DNA of 63,812 nt, filler included, from Choristocarpus tenellus KU-1152 (Eukaryota > Protista > Phaeophyceae): assembly GCA_964200185.2 (NCBI GenBank). It is 12 parts of 12 records of this genome, joined end to end, with 100 filler letters (N's around TTAATTAATTAA, not from the genome) between each part and the next. Parts side by side here need not be neighbours in the genome. Positions count along the whole stretch, not along the records: positions 24,659 to 28,981 come from CAXNAD020015118.1; positions 29,082 to 34,960 come from CAXNAD020009530.1; positions 35,061 to 38,370 come from CAXNAD020020888.1; positions 38,471 to 42,966 come from CAXNAD020014291.1; 8 more parts are not named here. One strand, written 5' to 3'. The position numbers were made by a program, and so were the translations under genes. Shown here one piece after another: positions 25,518 to 39,919 of the stretch (within the stretch, counting starts at the first letter, position 1; each line of letters opens with the position of its first letter). Below the pieces are notes generated by a model, which worked only from the letters and a program-made list of their open reading frames with translations, was not told the DNA's origin and searched no databases.

Positions 25518-28500
25518 TTACAATCCCTTATTGGCAAATAACTTCTCCACTGGGATTCCTGACCCATCCATTCTTTCCATATGCTGGAACTCTAGCTCCA
25601 GATCTTCTGCTGCAAATGTGACTTCCTGTGGGAAAGTGGCAATGCACATTGGCAATCCCACACCTAGGCATGCTGTGATTGCAACGAGCTAGAGAGGGGA
25701 AGGAGAGTACAAAAAGGAGAGCGGGGAGGGCTATTCAAAATTTGTACTTGGCTCAGTTGGTTGATCATGTGCTCATGGCACAACTGCGATCAAATTTATG
25801 GTAAATAGAGGAATGTTTCTACCACTGTAGCCTAACAATACTACACAGTAGGTGATTTGTCCTGCAGAGTACATTGATAACGTTATCACAAGCATTGGCA
25901 TGATTGCTACTTTCGACTTCACATTATCACGAGGAATTTCCCCTGTTTTGTTCGTTTTGGAACTTGTCCTACCAGATAGTGTGATCAGACTTGTCACAAC
26001 TGAATGTGTATGATAAAAACAAACAGCTACAATATACAATACTTTATGAACAAAGACATAAATAAAAGCATATAGCCTGGCAAGCTGCCGTCTAATACGG
26101 AAATTTCCCTTTTACGTGGAATTAGAACTTAGCACTCGGAGGAGCAGTATGACACTATGCATTTACCCCTGAGCGGCATGAGAACTCCTCATATACCATT
26201 AACAGTTTTCTCTTAGTATTACCATACTGCACACAAACTTGCCGATACCTAAACTCATAAACAACAAACTGCATTCAAGTTGCAACAGTAACAATAGAGT
26301 AGAAAAACAAATCAAGCAGACTGTTCATGAAGCCTTCTCCAACAATCATCTTCTGGAAATGGCACAACAATACAAAGCACACCAGAGAGTGAAGGGAAAG
26401 GGGCAGTGCGTCTCCATGAGTTCATATTCTTTATTTTCTGAAACATTCCAATGGGAATCCTTTCTTTATGCCTCCCATGCCTGATTGTTGCCCAGCTTCC
26501 TCCTTTGCTTACTAGAACTCCACCACATATCACAGTGTAATTTAATTGACACTATCTCTCTCCAGATCTAGCTCCACAACACTTTTGTAATTGCCACCCT
26601 CTACACATAATATCTCTCTATACCATATATTACGAGTACATGGTGTGACTCTGCTGACTGCACGAAACCTCATCAACCAGTCCTGCTTTACCCCACCTCT
26701 TTTTTTTGGCCCCACAAAAGTACTACAATATAGCTCTGTACCTGTACAATTAACTGGAACTGCAAACCATAAACTACACCACTGTTGCAATTCAGTGCTA
26801 CTTTCATCACCACAAGGTACTGTCCTTGCCACAACAGTAGCTGCAGCACTGATTCTACCACTTGGAACTGATGTACCTTTTTTTATACATGGGGTATTTA
26901 TTGGACCATTTCCCATTTAGTATTGCAATTATATGAGAGTTAGGTGGTTCTATCCGCATTCTACTACATAATTTTGTGCTCTTCTCCTCTGCAAACATCT
27001 TGGCAGATATGTAGAGTGAAATGTCTTCCTGCACATGCTTGTCCTTGCCAACACCTAGGGAGAAAAATCCACCCAAACCACTCTCACCACTCACTACTAA
27101 TGCACTGTGCCAAACAACACATTCCAATCTGTACACTTCTCCATCTTTGGAAACAGTCCACACTCTTGTACTCCGTCTCACTCACACTCGTTGTTTCAAA
27201 GGTCGATTTCAGATGATTAGGGAGCATCCTGAGAGCTTCCCAATCACAGGCCTCACCACTGCTGTGCAAGCTCTATCTCCAGTAATGCTTCACCTCTCTC
27301 TACTGCAAATAGAACAGTGCACGTATAGAGAAAAAAATGATGTAATACTATTACAATCGCAGTAGCACTGCACCCCTTCACAGTGCTTGCTTGTGTACTC
27401 CGTGCCATTGTTTCATCCCTCACTTCTCAATCTCTAGCCTCCTACACTCAAGCATCAACATCAAACCTACTGCACCTCCTGATTCAACTAATCAAGTGGA
27501 CTGAACCCCCCCCCCCTCTGTTCCGGCACTTGCCATTTTGATCTACCTCCCCAAAAGGGACAAATACAAAACTGAAGTCCTGAATAATCAAGCATGATGT
27601 TCTAGCAGCCTCTTCATCCCTAACACCTCCAATGTCATAATTGCATCCCTATTTAACTGCAGAGGTCATCATAGAGCTCTGTAGTGCTACGGAATACAGT
27701 ATAGTACTATATTAATACTACTTCATGTTTGTACAGTATGGAAGGCTTTTTGGTTATTCTGAGTGTTTCAAACCTCCCACCCCCTCCCACATTTTTCTCC
27801 CCCTCCCTCTGAGTCACCTGAACAAATAGCTTTGCTCTGGGGTTGGTTGGCATAAGACCTGTCCACTGCACAGCACCAACTATGCCCACTGGGAGCATCA
27901 CCACTGGTATTGGAAGCAAAAGGCTCCTAGACAGCACTGTCTGCAACACACAACTTCTTCCTGCAGTTCTTGACACTCCTCTTGTCTTCACTCATGCACA
28001 GAGGGAGGGGAACTTGTTTGTACATGTGTGCAGTACGTGTGTAGGAACTTCAAGCAGATATGCGGTAGTCAGCAAGGAGATGACAGAGGTGAGCAATAAT
28101 CCTGAGTACATTTGATGGCTCTTTGATAATCATGTTGCTCTGGTTAATAGTGTCAGTGGTTACCCTCACATCATACCTCCATACTAACAATTGGTCTCGA
28201 AAAGTAGGGTTATGGTATTAAAATAGGACATTTTCAAGAGTCCCCAGGTGCTATGCAATGTACACTCCTACCTCATACAACAAACTAATTAATAATGCAC
28301 TGTATTTCACTCTCAACTTTAATCTCAGTCTGGCATCTTCCTTATCCTGAATTTCACAAACCACAACATAAAAATTATGCTGTTACACTGCTCCCTGACA
28401 CAAACCACCTAAAGTACCACAATTCTGTGTAGAAGAGAAGTAACAACAATAGTACCCTCTCATCACCACAAAATATACATAGCCATCAAATACACACACG

Positions 28501-28835
28501 GATAAATTATTTTCAACTCCCACCTAACCCCCCCCCCCCCGCCCCCCAAAAAGTCTTTTCTGAGCATGAACCCTGCTGCATTAAAAGAAAAATGCTGTAT
28601 ATATATTTACTTGAGAAATCTCCAATGGATGGCTCTGCTTCCCTTTTTAGATTCACCAAAGTTAGTTTGCAGCCCAGTGGAGACATACCTTGCCCGTCTC
28701 ATCTCTCACAGCAACGCCTTCCATAACCTCTGCACCACGAGTAAAGACCACATTTGCGGTCCCTGCTGCAGCAACAGCAATGTATGAGACTGCAAAGGAG
28801 AACCGTCGGATCATTGGCGGGGCTCGGTGAAATAC
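25518..28835 (-). CDS. SFXN: Sideroflexin (Mtc/SFXN mitochondrial carrier family), last three exons
   Basis: Exons 28835-28689, 27985-27818 and 25688-25518 (TAA): ..YIAVAAAGTANVVFTRGAEVMEGVAVRDETGKTRGVSRTAGRSCVLQTVLSRSLLLPIPVVMLP..GLPMCIATFPQ..DLELEFQ..KLFANKGL*. The terminal NKGL and the P.C.A.FPQ motif are characteristic. Confidence 0.93.
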
Positions 28836-29279
28836 CTTTGGGGGAGGTCGGCAGGTGTTGAGAACAACCACAATTGGAGCCAAAATTGGCAAGAGAGGAG
28901 ATAGGGATGTGGTTGTGGGAAGGTATAGGTGAGGTAAAAGAGCACAAGCTACATGGGGGGGGGAGGGAGGAGGGGGAGAGGNNNNNNNNNNNNNNNNNNN
29001 NNNNNNNNNNNNNNNNNNNNNNNNNTTAATTAATTAANNNNNNNNNNNNNNNNNNNNNNNNNNNNNNNNNNNNNNNNNNNNGGTCTTCCCGCTCCCCTTC
29101 ATTACGAAGAACCTGTCGACTGTTTCCACCTGTTTCACATCTTTCGCGTTTTTATGATAATTGTTACTTTTTCAGCAGTTCTGACATTTGAATGTTTTTC
29201 ATTGGCTTTTCCCCTCACACATCTGGAAAATGTTAGAGAGCATAATAATAAAATACAGAACGTAACGTATTATAGTATC

Positions 29280-31350
29280 TACTACCATATACTATGATCA
29301 TATTTTTCGTACTTCAAGCGTAATAGCAGAAGATTCCTGTCATGAGGAGATGCTCCAAACTCCATGCACCGCACAGATACCATCTTACCCATATAACCAC
29401 AAAGCGTGGGAGAACAAGTGGCATATGGATGGCTATTCCCTGAGTAAGCATTACTAATTGATCCTCTGAAGTACGAGCTACAAGGTACATTGCGGCTTCC
29501 TTTTACTTGGTGATGACCAATGTCGAACGCCTGGATGGAGGCGATCATTACCTCCCACTCGCTCACCTTGCTATATCACGGCTGCCTGGACTTTCCGGCT
29601 TAAGCTCTCAACAAGCTCCTCAAATTTGTAAATTGTATTCCTCATAATCGTTGCCCTCGTTGTGCTGCCATCCTGGACCACTCCCAGCGCTATCTATTTC
29701 TCCTGTGAAAGCGAGTAGGGGTGTACCCTTCCTTCCAATGCACTGAGCATCGTGTTTCCATCCAGCGTCAATACCCGAACACCCATATATGAGGTGGTGT
29801 GAAATTTTGTTTGGTTGAGTTCCTGGCTGACAACAACGCTGACTCTTTTCTGTTGATATGTTGGTTGTGAGGGGCGTTATTGATCTCGATTTTGAAGGCT
29901 GTACACGAAGGGACCTGAACGATGCTTTGGTTATATAATAAATTTCAATGGGAACTGGATTGCTTCAACACAGTTTGAGATAATGTATCGAAGGAGGACA
30001 AAGGACAAAAGAGAACCCTATATCTCGTTCACCATGCAATGAAGAGGGAATTGTACATCCGACAAATCAACACCCCCCTTTTTTCGGTTATCTCACGCGA
30101 TATGGGATGGAGAAAACTTACCGAACTTGGGTCTACACATTGTTATGGGATGTACTGTGATGTTGGATCTACCCTTGGTTCTTTCGCACTCCTGTGACAT
30201 GAGGGTCTTGTATCTGATCTCTCTAGGTGAGTTCCCCACTAGAGTAAAGAAATCGATACCTTGGGGTTCGTTGAGATGGACCAAGTATGATTGCGAATCA
30301 TAAGTCCTCCTGGAAACGTGAAAGATGTTGTCGTGATCTTCGGTTCGTTCCCTAGTCCTTGGGGATTCAGTACACCACTGCAGTATATTTTGTGAGGAGG
30401 GGTTGTGATCGGGCCTTTTCCAGAGATGGAGTGGTGGGAGCTGAAGCTGTTGTGTCAATTACAGTGGTTCCGTTGAGGTCTGTATGTTTTCTGTGTGGAA
30501 TGGATGCCGAACCCCTTCTCACCCCCATGCATTTGGAGGTGACCTTAGCCGCGCCCCACTTTCCATTCCTAACTGTTGATCTCTCTGGTGAACTCATATC
30601 ACCTGGTGAAGTCCAGTCAAATTACGTACAGGTGCAATCCCTCTTCTGATCCACTTATATTCACAATGAACCGAGAGTTTTTCAGTTGGGACGTTGTTTG
30701 CGTGGGTCGTCTCCAGTCTTGAACACAACGCCGTATCATACTGTACCCACCTTGAACCTTTGTGTTTGGTTTGGGAACCACAATGCGAGCCACTAAGGCT
30801 CTGTGTCCCTCATCCCGTTCTGCACGATATTTCCCACAGGGAGGGTGTGTGTAGGCACCCACTCTTGGAGGTGACGGTCTCATCACGGTAAGATGGATTG
30901 TTACCCTGTTGTTGCTGACAACTGGAACTAGTGTTGCAGGGTCACGGGCAAGATACGTGAGGCCAAGTGATAAATATTCTCCTGGTGTGGAGAGCACCCG
31001 AGATGATTGGCGGCCAACACATATTGAGACATCAGACAACATGGTGGACGGAATGTGAGTGGTTGAGACTGTCTAGGGTGATATGGATACTAAGATTGGT
31101 GCAATGTGAGGTGGTCGGTTTATCTGGTGGTCAATTGTTCATCGCTCGACATTATTGGTGGGGGACATATGACTTCAAACATGTTACCGAAACTCCAACT
31201 TCTTTCCCCTTCCCTTCTATGTAATAGGACTAGAGACATGCAAAGATGTGAGGAATTGATTATCTTAGACCAGAATATTATCTTTTCGTGACTATTTTTT
31301 TGTTGTACATACCCAGTCAAATCAGGACGGACTAGAGAAAGCATGTTGCC
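29280..31350 (-). mobile_element. Possible decayed non-LTR retrotransposon (endonuclease/linker region)
   Basis: Broken coding-like sequence without splice structure. PDHNP (~30400) resembles the AP-endonuclease terminal DH motif; SEWEV (~29560) resembles the pre-RT segment. Weak. Confidence 0.25.
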
Positions 31351-32614
31351 CACTCTACTGCTGAGTACATAACAGAGAAGAGTCCAATGCAGAATTGATA
31401 AAAAATGGTCCTTTCCCTCTTACAATGCCTGCTCAGGGTCATAATACGGTTGACCACTTTGCCGAGAGTATGTTTCTCTTTCTTCTTTTGTGCAGTTGTT
31501 TCATTATTTGCATTCATTGTGAAATTTCAAGTCTTGTAAGCATTTCTCCCTCCTCAATTGTCGCCACCTCCAATATTTGTGATTTTACAAGAGTTGTGCA
31601 CGAGTTTATGCTAGTTATGTTTGAAACCTTTTTGTACTGCTCCTCAAAATATTCTATGGTGTACATGAAAAGGTGGAATACACGTATTTCCAAGAACCAA
31701 AGGAGGTTGGGATTACTTCCTTAATGTTGAGGTTGTACTGAAGCATGGAAATGTTAGGGCTGATTTCTGTCAGTGCACAACATGTGGTTTATGTTTTGCC
31801 TATCTCTATTTGTATTTGTAGTAATGTTCACAGTAGTAATAGTACAGTGGGAAGGCAAAAAAAAATCTTGCACTCTGGAGTATGATGCAAACTTGTACAG
31901 TCAAGAACCGTGAGGGTTTTTCTCTGGGCGAAAGTCCAGTCATATGAACCAGGGCGAAAGGGAACAATTCAAATATATGGTGCAGGATTTATATACTCAG
32001 TACCATCATGTGTACTTCTGATGTGTTTGGAAACCTTCTACTAATGATAATAGCATACTCTTATATAATGTCCTAACTTGCTACTGGTTACAAAATTCAG
32101 TGTGACCTTATGGGACCTTAAATAAGACTGAAAATATTGGATGTGCTGATCGTTCTACTGACCATACACAGATGTGATGTCTCGTGGGCTCGTACTCACA
32201 TATCCTATCTATGCATATCAGACCTGGGGATCATCTACCTTTGGGTGTCAGAAAGGATATTTGGTCCCCAACTTTCAAAAAAATTCCTACATATTGACCT
32301 GATCTAGCTATACCAACTATCTTAGATGTAGTGAATGTATGCATGGGGAAGTATTTCTGAGGGAACAACAGTCGTGTGTGACCAATATGTCAAGTGGTAA
32401 AAAAAATATTGCCACTTCCAATTAATATACTGTACAGGTTATCCAAGAAACGATGCTCTAATTTCACTCTCCCATCCAATTTTCCTCCTATTACAATGTT
32501 TGGGCCTTTTCTTCTCTTCTACCTTCAATTGTGACAAAGATGGGTACAATATCATTAAATATATAATCCTTGCCAGTTAATTGTGTACATGTTTAGTGTC
32601 AACTTGTTTAATAC

Positions 32615-32873
32615 GAGTGAAAGTACGTTAGAAGGTACGAATTTTGCCCTGTTTGTCCGTTTGGGGGTTGGTTTCCCATGTGTTTTTTTATGACATTTTC
32701 CTACTCCAAAATGGAATGGAGTAGGTAAAATGTGTATGTTATGAAAATGTGTGCCCGGAACAAGGATATTGACACTTCCTAACAAAAACGATAGTCAAAA
32801 TTACATCAAAATCGCAACATTGGATTTTGACCCCCAAATGGACGCGGCCCTACCCTCTAAGATACTTTGACTC
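32615..32873 (+). mobile_element. MITE family A copy
   Basis: GAGTGAAAGTACGTTAGAAGGTA...TACCCTCTAAGATACTTTGACTC. Flanks atac/aatg do not match. Confidence 0.92.
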
Positions 32874-33223
32874 AATGCCCCCCAAGTATTTTGGAACTTC
32901 ATTCGTTGCTGGTTACACCTCTAGCCACAGCAAGGTGTCAGAGATTGAACAATTGAGAACAATTGCAAGAGAATCGAGAAGGGGAACAACACAACCCTAA
33001 CCCTTGACTGTCCCATTAGAGCCTGCTTTAATATTTCTTAATATTTGTCACGTTACAAAGTTACTTGTTACTTGAGTGAAACATGTCAGTGTTGGACAAA
33101 GGATGTTGCACCAGGGCAGAGATGGGGGATTCAGGCAATGCTTGACTTTTTTTTATTTAAACCTGTGGTGCAAGAGTACATCACATTGCCAACGCCTTTC
33201 ATCATGACTTTTGAGACATATGC

Positions 33224-33322
33224 ACTACACATATATATACACACTAACCCTAACCCTAACCCTACACATATATATATACACACTAACCCTAACCTTAACC
33301 CTACACATATATATACACACTA
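33224..33322. repeat. Tandem ~37-bp unit combining (AT)n with telomere-like CCCTAA
   Basis: ctacacatatatatacacactaaccctaaccctaacc, about 2.5 copies. Confidence 0.85.
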
Positions 33323-33884
33323 CAAGCCAGAACGTTCAAGCTTGGAAAAAATCGAACTCTCTCTGGTACACGGCAACAGGAGATGCTTGCACATAATAGC
33401 TTATTTGGGATGCACACCAACAAGACAGTGTTGACCAGACCATTTTCCTCAGAAAATCCCACATCACTGTCAAATGATCAGCAGCAAGTAATATCGCAGC
33501 CAAGTAAGTAGACACTGTTGCCTTGATAAATAGGCCCGGCCTACGTGAGTTAAAACCTCTTTGGATGCGCCATGTAAGACAAGAGTGACAACAGTGACAA
33601 GAGTATCTCAGATCTATCTTTGGCACATAGTTTAAAAGAAGATCACTAAGTGCAACCTTCAAGTATAGGGGATTGGACCCAAGATAAAACATGGGAGAAT
33701 CTACGAATCAGGAACCTTCTTCACCCCAAAAGGAAATATATATATATATGTGTGTTAAATAAATATATATATATTAAATATATATATTTATTTATTTATT
33801 TCTGTTTCACATCGACATCTCACTAGAGGCCTTGCCTCATCATAACTGGGTCCAGTGACGGCCCTTGGGGTCATGGCAAGGATG

Positions 33885-34144
33885 GAATGAAAGTATCTTA
33901 GAGGGTACAAGTTTTTCCCTGTTTGTCCATTCGGGGCTTGACCTCCCATGGGTTTTTATGACGTTTTACCTACTCCAAAATGTTTTGGGGTAGGTAAAAT
34001 GTCTACGTAATGAAAAGGTTTTGTCCGGAACAAGGGTATTGATACCTCCTGACAAATATTATGATAGTCAAAATCAATCAAATCGCAATGTTGGACTTTG
34101 GCCCCCAAATGGACGTGGTTCTACCCTCTAAGATACTTTGACTC
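33885..34144 (+). mobile_element. MITE family A copy (diverged)
   Basis: GAATGAAAGTATCTTAGAGGGTA...TACCCTCTAAGATACTTTGACTC. Confidence 0.9.
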
Positions 34145-34417
34145 ATGACGAGACACAATCCATTCTGCGATTGACAGCCCTCCTGTTGTGGGATGTTCCT
34201 GAGAGGCTGTTACAGGTTGTTTCTCCACATAAATTCCTTCACACAATGACGGCCTGCTACTATCATTCAAGCGGCGGTCAAGCATACAACTACCAACACC
34301 TTACAGAGACCTTCAAATGACTTTGACGTGCTTGATTTTAAGGTCATATATTAACAAACGGAAAATCTTACTGAATATGTTTTGAGAACTAGCGCTCCTG
34401 ATCGAACAATGACGTGG

Positions 34418-34471
34418 CATCTCAGGTACCATCTACATCTCAGGTACCATCTACATCTCAGGTACCATCTA
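34418..34471. repeat. 18-bp tandem repeat x3
   Basis: catctcaggtaccatcta repeated three times. Confidence 0.9.
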
Positions 34472-35833
34472 CCATCCTGTAAGAAGGTGAACATAGCCGT
34501 ATTTGTCAAGATAATATACAAGTATGAGGATGGATCTCAACCAAGTAGAATACAAACATGTCTGTTTTGACCAAAATCTATTTATCTACAAAAAAAGTGT
34601 GCACCCATCTTGGAAAACGAGTAATCCCCATCATCACCATTCCTATGACTGAGACAAAACCTGGTTACAGAAACAAAGTTATCATAGGGATGGTGAGACA
34701 ACAGGTGCATCCAATCAATTTTTATCAACCTTGGACAATGGTGGACTGCCATTCCTAAGACTCTTCACTGGGGCAGTTAGCATGTCCATTGTTGGCCATA
34801 TGGCCGCGGGCTGGCCCACGGCCCAGTCATCTTCAAATTGTCTATGACCATCGACTCGGTTATATATCTGACCAAGATTGTACATGGCCATCCAGTGGCC
34901 CTGGTCATTTTGAGTAGTGACAGTCATGGACTCGATCATGTGGGTCAAAGTATCTGGGGGNNNNNNNNNNNNNNNNNNNNNNNNNNNNNNNNNNNNNNNN
35001 NNNNTTAATTAATTAANNNNNNNNNNNNNNNNNNNNNNNNNNNNNNNNNNNNNNNNNNNNGGGGGGGGAAGTAGACTTCTGGAACTCATAATCAAGCCCA
35101 CCTGGAACCCATAAAAGCAGCCAGTATTACAGATTACATCCCAAACTACCCAGCAAATATATATATATATATACATATATATACGATAATACTAAAAGGG
35201 AAGAGGCTTTGTTTCACAGAAAGGCGCGAAGTATGTGAGTAGTCAGGAAATGGGGCACCATGTGCGAAGAGGCCTAGCTGCAAGCGATAGAACCCAACAA
35301 CAGCTTTACTGTACTTTATGTGGGTGCAATAAACGATAACCCCAAAAATAATCCGCATGTAACCTAGCTTGGTTGGGTGTGGTAATTTTTACTCCAAATC
35401 TATATAAAAGGAAAATAAGGTGAGTCATAGGCCCCGCAAGTCTGCTTTGGGGTCTCATTGTACGGCTGGCGTACCCACTGGGTTTACGCCAGAAGGGGAC
35501 TGTATGGGTAGACTAGCGGGAAGAGGGGGGGGCCAGAAGGGATAAACACAGAAGTGTTACGAGACAGCTTGGGACCAATAGCCTGAGTTCCATACATATA
35601 GAGGATTTTGAAAAGGTGGTTAGACCCCAGACGTCGAGAGATAGACGTAGTGAAGGCCCTAGCAGAGTTCATGTGTTTGGGTTGCGGCATGAGGGGGAAC
35701 CAAGTAAGCAAAGTTAAGGGTAAGATAGCGATAATCCAATATGACCGCAAACACTTTCCTAACTGTCAACTTCCCCAACAACATGTCAGGACTCACTAGG
35801 TGCTCAAAGGGGATAGGGAGGAGCCATACAAAA

Positions 35834-36008
35834 GGGTCAAAGTATCTGGAGGGGGGGGGGTGGTTTGTGAGGTGGTGTCCGTTTTGGTCAAACAATGTTT
35901 TTTTGCTGACATTTCAAATCCGACACGTGCGACCAAATTACACCAAAAAAGTGAAAATCGAAGAAAGGGTGAAAAACGGACGTCGACACCCCCCAGATAG
36001 TTTGACCC
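35834..36008. mobile_element. MITE family B complete copy (175 bp)
   Basis: GGGTCAAAGTATCTGG...CCAGATAGTTTGACCC inverted termini. Flanks aaaa/taaa match 3 of 4. Confidence 0.85.
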
Positions 36009-37464
36009 TAAAGTAGGGAGTGAGGATAAGAGGAAGAAAACCCCGACATGGAGAATGAGTGTAGAAACAAAGTAGTGCACTGAAACGTTGGGTAGGGAAG
36101 GTAAATTGACGAGGCTAGGTTTGGGTTTTTCTCGCTTTCTTTCTAGCCGGAGCACAAGAGTTACGGGCCTATGATGAAGGTGGGGGGAGTACAGGGAGTA
36201 CAGGGAGATTTTGCAGTAAGATGTAGGGATGTAAGCTGGAGGAGAGGAGTGGAAAGAGTGAGACGGGAGGATAGACATCAAGCAGAAAAAGTAGAGGTAA
36301 CGTTCACAGGGCCAAAAGGGGACTAGGGTAGGAAGGGAGCAGTGTTGACCAGGTTTAAAGGGGGGAAGAAAGTATGGGAGGTTAGGAGGTGGTAATGGCT
36401 CTTACGGAATGTTTCCGAGAACTCCCCCTTGATGCACCACTGATGACATGCAGGCAAGAAGGGGCATGAAGGGTGATCATGAGGGGCCAGGCGATACGTA
36501 TCCTGAGGAGAATGGTAAAGGAACTTAAGTTGAGACCAGAATAGTATGGCTGGCATTCGGGTGGGACAGGGGGAGCTACGAGATTGGTGACCATGGGGGT
36601 AGCAGTATTGGTAATACAGAAGGAAGGAGGATAGTAGTGGGGGGCAATTATGGTATATGTAAGGGCTAGTCAGAGGGACCCAGTGTGGGTTCAAAGGACT
36701 TGGCAAAGAGTAAGAAAGATTGGGTATAACCAGGTCAGAAGGTAAGGGGATGAGCTAGAATGAAATCAACCCCGAAGGTCTACATTCTATATAACATCTT
36801 CGGACCATGTGGACTGGAGAATTGTTGCGGTCCGTGGCCGCTGGATGACCAGCGTAACGTTTCCCCTGCATGCCCAGACCATGTCCACTTGTGTTGTATA
36901 CCAGTCCACCATCGACATTGTGTACGTCACGTCGAAGGTTTTGTGATACTGAAGTACTGTGTGTTAATATATTGTACTCTTTCAAATACTCTCCACGGTT
37001 TCTTGGTTCGAAACCATCACGAATATATGTATGTACGTACGTGTGTACAGTGAGAAATGTCAAGGGGGGTATATGCCAGGAACTCGTTTTTTATTCACAT
37101 ATTTTCTCTATATATAGACGTTTGACCGTTGATAAATGAGTGTCCAAATACAGCATATAATCCCAAAATACACCTTGAAGTCATAAATCGCCCCACACCC
37201 ACACACCCAACATACAACGACGATGTAGTTGTATGAAATTTGTAAGTTTTATACCCTAAAATGGTACTACTTCCGTGCCATAAATCTGTTCCGCGTTGTC
37301 CAAAACTTTTGAAGATGTTGATGAAATTCATTTCTGAAAGAAGATTTGGAATCCTTGAAGAATTTCTGGTAAAGGTCAGCTATTATTATATTATGATTAC
37401 TTCCCATCTATCAAAATTTTATCAGTCACAGAAAAACCCTCCATGTTTACCTTCGGCATGTCTT

Positions 37465-37620
37465 CAAGCTCACCAGACAACTGCCTCTTCCTTACCCCTG
37501 TGTGCTCCACACTGAAGTCATTCCCTCCTTTGTATCTAAGTACTTGATTGTACACCACAAAAAGGAGCTGCCAAGACCTCTCAAGTGTGGTTTCATCATA
37601 CTCCTTACAACAAACTAAAA
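37465..37620 (-). mobile_element. Mariner transposase C-terminal remnant
   Basis: EYDETTLERSWQLLFVVYNQVLRYKGGNDFSVEHTGVRKRQ aligns with YNTDTLERVWQSLFKRYSQVLRALGGNDFEVEHNG at 45455-45560. Confidence 0.8.
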
Positions 37621-39129
37621 ACCAAAATACCCCACCACAGAAATCGACCTCCAAAAAGGCTACTTTTCCAACATCTAAAAGCGCCAAGTACATACACTAG
37701 ATGCAGATTATGCAATATTCCACCCAAAAAAGACCAAGGAGACAAGGGACGAGAGGGGAGAGTAACAAATTTAGGAAGGGAAGAATCACGATTTAGGCAG
37801 GGGAGTTATCAAAGGATCCCTCAGTGATCGATTGATCTCTGAATCATCCTCCCCCGTCAAACCATGGTTCTTCACATGTCATCACCAGGGTTCTTGGAAA
37901 GAACATCGAACAGTTTGACAGCGTACAGTACGACAATAACAGTAGGATAACAGACAACCCTGCTTCCCACAAATATATGGTATTATATACTTATTATGCC
38001 CTTGGACATTTTCCACATGTTTGAGGAAAGAAGTCAAACCAATATCAGAAGGACCTCAGTAAAAGTAGCAGTTGTTGAAAATGTGAAAGATATGTCTCTC
38101 CAGAAACTATTCACTATTTCAGTACCGCAACACCCCCGTAATGGATCATAATTACAATGTTATGTGTACACTGCTACTATGCCTCCAACCTAACTTAGCC
38201 CTATACAACTGGGTGACCAACTAGACACTCCATTGTGCGTTTTTCACAACATTTCCATACAATTTTTCAGCACTTATACAAGGGCCCATTTGGACACCCC
38301 AGTGCAATCCCCCCCCCCCCGAGATACTTTGGCCCGGATCTAACATCAAGTCGAGGACCAGGACTGCATANNNNNNNNNNNNNNNNNNNNNNNNNNNNNN
38401 NNNNNNNNNNNNNNTTAATTAATTAANNNNNNNNNNNNNNNNNNNNNNNNNNNNNNNNNNNNNNNNNNNNCATGATTAATTTGTCGCTTCAACGATTGAT
38501 TTCCCAGCTCACCACGATTAATCAGTTGCTTCGACAATTGATTCCCAGCTAACCCTAACCCTAATTACTACAAAATCGATATTGTACCATATGAATTCTG
38601 TGCCGCTTTTTTCGGGCATGCCCATGGGTGCACAAAATCGGGGTAGGTACTGTAATACATGGAATAATAGAAGACGTGGAGTTTTGTTTGGTATATAAAA
38701 AGAGTGTTTCCACAAAAATGAAATTCACTATCGGACGTATCGCATGTTCCACCTATGTACACAACGGCAAACACACCTCCGCATTATATTCTATTACTAT
38801 CACCTATGATCCCTTGTTCTACCTCTAAGTATATATAGTGTTTTTCATTACCAAAATATATGATGAAATTACCCATTTCAAGTTGGAAACAATAGTGAAA
38901 AGCATTATAGCCTCGGTAAGACCCTCGGGGCAACACTCAAGTCGAGAAGGTTGGCGAAGGTCTTCAGAAACACATATATATAAACTGCCATCTTGATATA
39001 CAGTGTTACACAGCTCGACAGGAGTGAGGAGGTAATGGGGCCCCCTAGGGGGAGGAAAAACATTTGCGACGTCTCCCTGCACTTGCGGCATGGGGCTCTC
39101 TGTGCGGTCGAGGGTGTACTTATCCGTAG

Positions 39130-39630
39130 GTACAAGAGGCTTGCAGCAATGTTGATGATTGCGGGTGAAGAAGAGGGGGACAAGGATTTGTTAAGGTTAG
39201 CCGGGTTAGTTCTCGGTCACGTGTGTGCCATCCGAATAGACCATACTGTGCTTAGACCCCCGTCCCTAAGACTCTATGTTACGTTGGAGGGCGTTCAGGA
39301 GACCTGGGTGAGGTTCAGGTGCCACAGGGAACAACTCTGTCAGCTGTTTGAAGTCATGAAGTTCCCACCTGTGTTCCGTTGCAAGAACTGCAGTCTGTTT
39401 ACAGGGGATGAGGGTTTTCTATTCCTAATTATAAGGCTGAGATACCAGGGCACTTGGTCGACCCGGAAGAGGAATTCAGCATTGAGTACCGTGAACTTAG
39501 TCGTCTCTTCAACACAATCATGGGCTGGGTATGGCACACTCACTGGCATCGCATCCAGGACCACCTTGGGTTCTTTGGACCGTTCTTCCCTTAGATGGCA
39601 GCGGCTATTGAAGGCAAAGGCGGGGTTGCT
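39130..39630 (+). pseudogene. PIF/Harbinger-type transposase N-terminal fragment
   Basis: RFRCHREQLCQLFEVMKFP..FTGDEGFLFLIIRLRYQGTW, then a frameshift (~39460) to EEFSIEYRELSRLFNTIMGWVWHTHWH..FP*MAAAIEGKGG. This is the HTH region preceding the DDE_Tnp_4 core; the core is absent. Confidence 0.7.
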
Positions 39631-39919
39631 GTCTGAAGCATTTCTGTGGGTGTGCAAATTGTGTTGAAGTCCTGCTGCTTGAGTAGCTCTTGTAGTATTA
39701 AACCTCAATAGCGCAACATACTGCTGCCCTGACTTCAAACCCATTCAAATATATGTGTTGGCGACCATCCGGGAGGAGTTGCCTGCTCGGGATCTATGAT
39801 CACAGGATTTTTAGATAAAACACTTCACGCATTTGCCGGCCGGGTGGGCCTATGGATTCCTTGGAATATTTTCCATTAAAAAATAAATTTTAAGAATTCT
39901 GCAAAGAATTCTGTTCTGA

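Noticed and set aside
31924-31965. CTGGGC-GAAA-GTCCAG GNRA hairpin with a second GGGCGAAAG, as a ribozyme
   Set aside because: No CUGAUGA hammerhead core or further helices found; a single short hairpin is expected by chance.
35100-36750. Purine-rich, coding-like stretch, possibly a retroelement remnant
   Set aside because: No diagnostic motif recognised.
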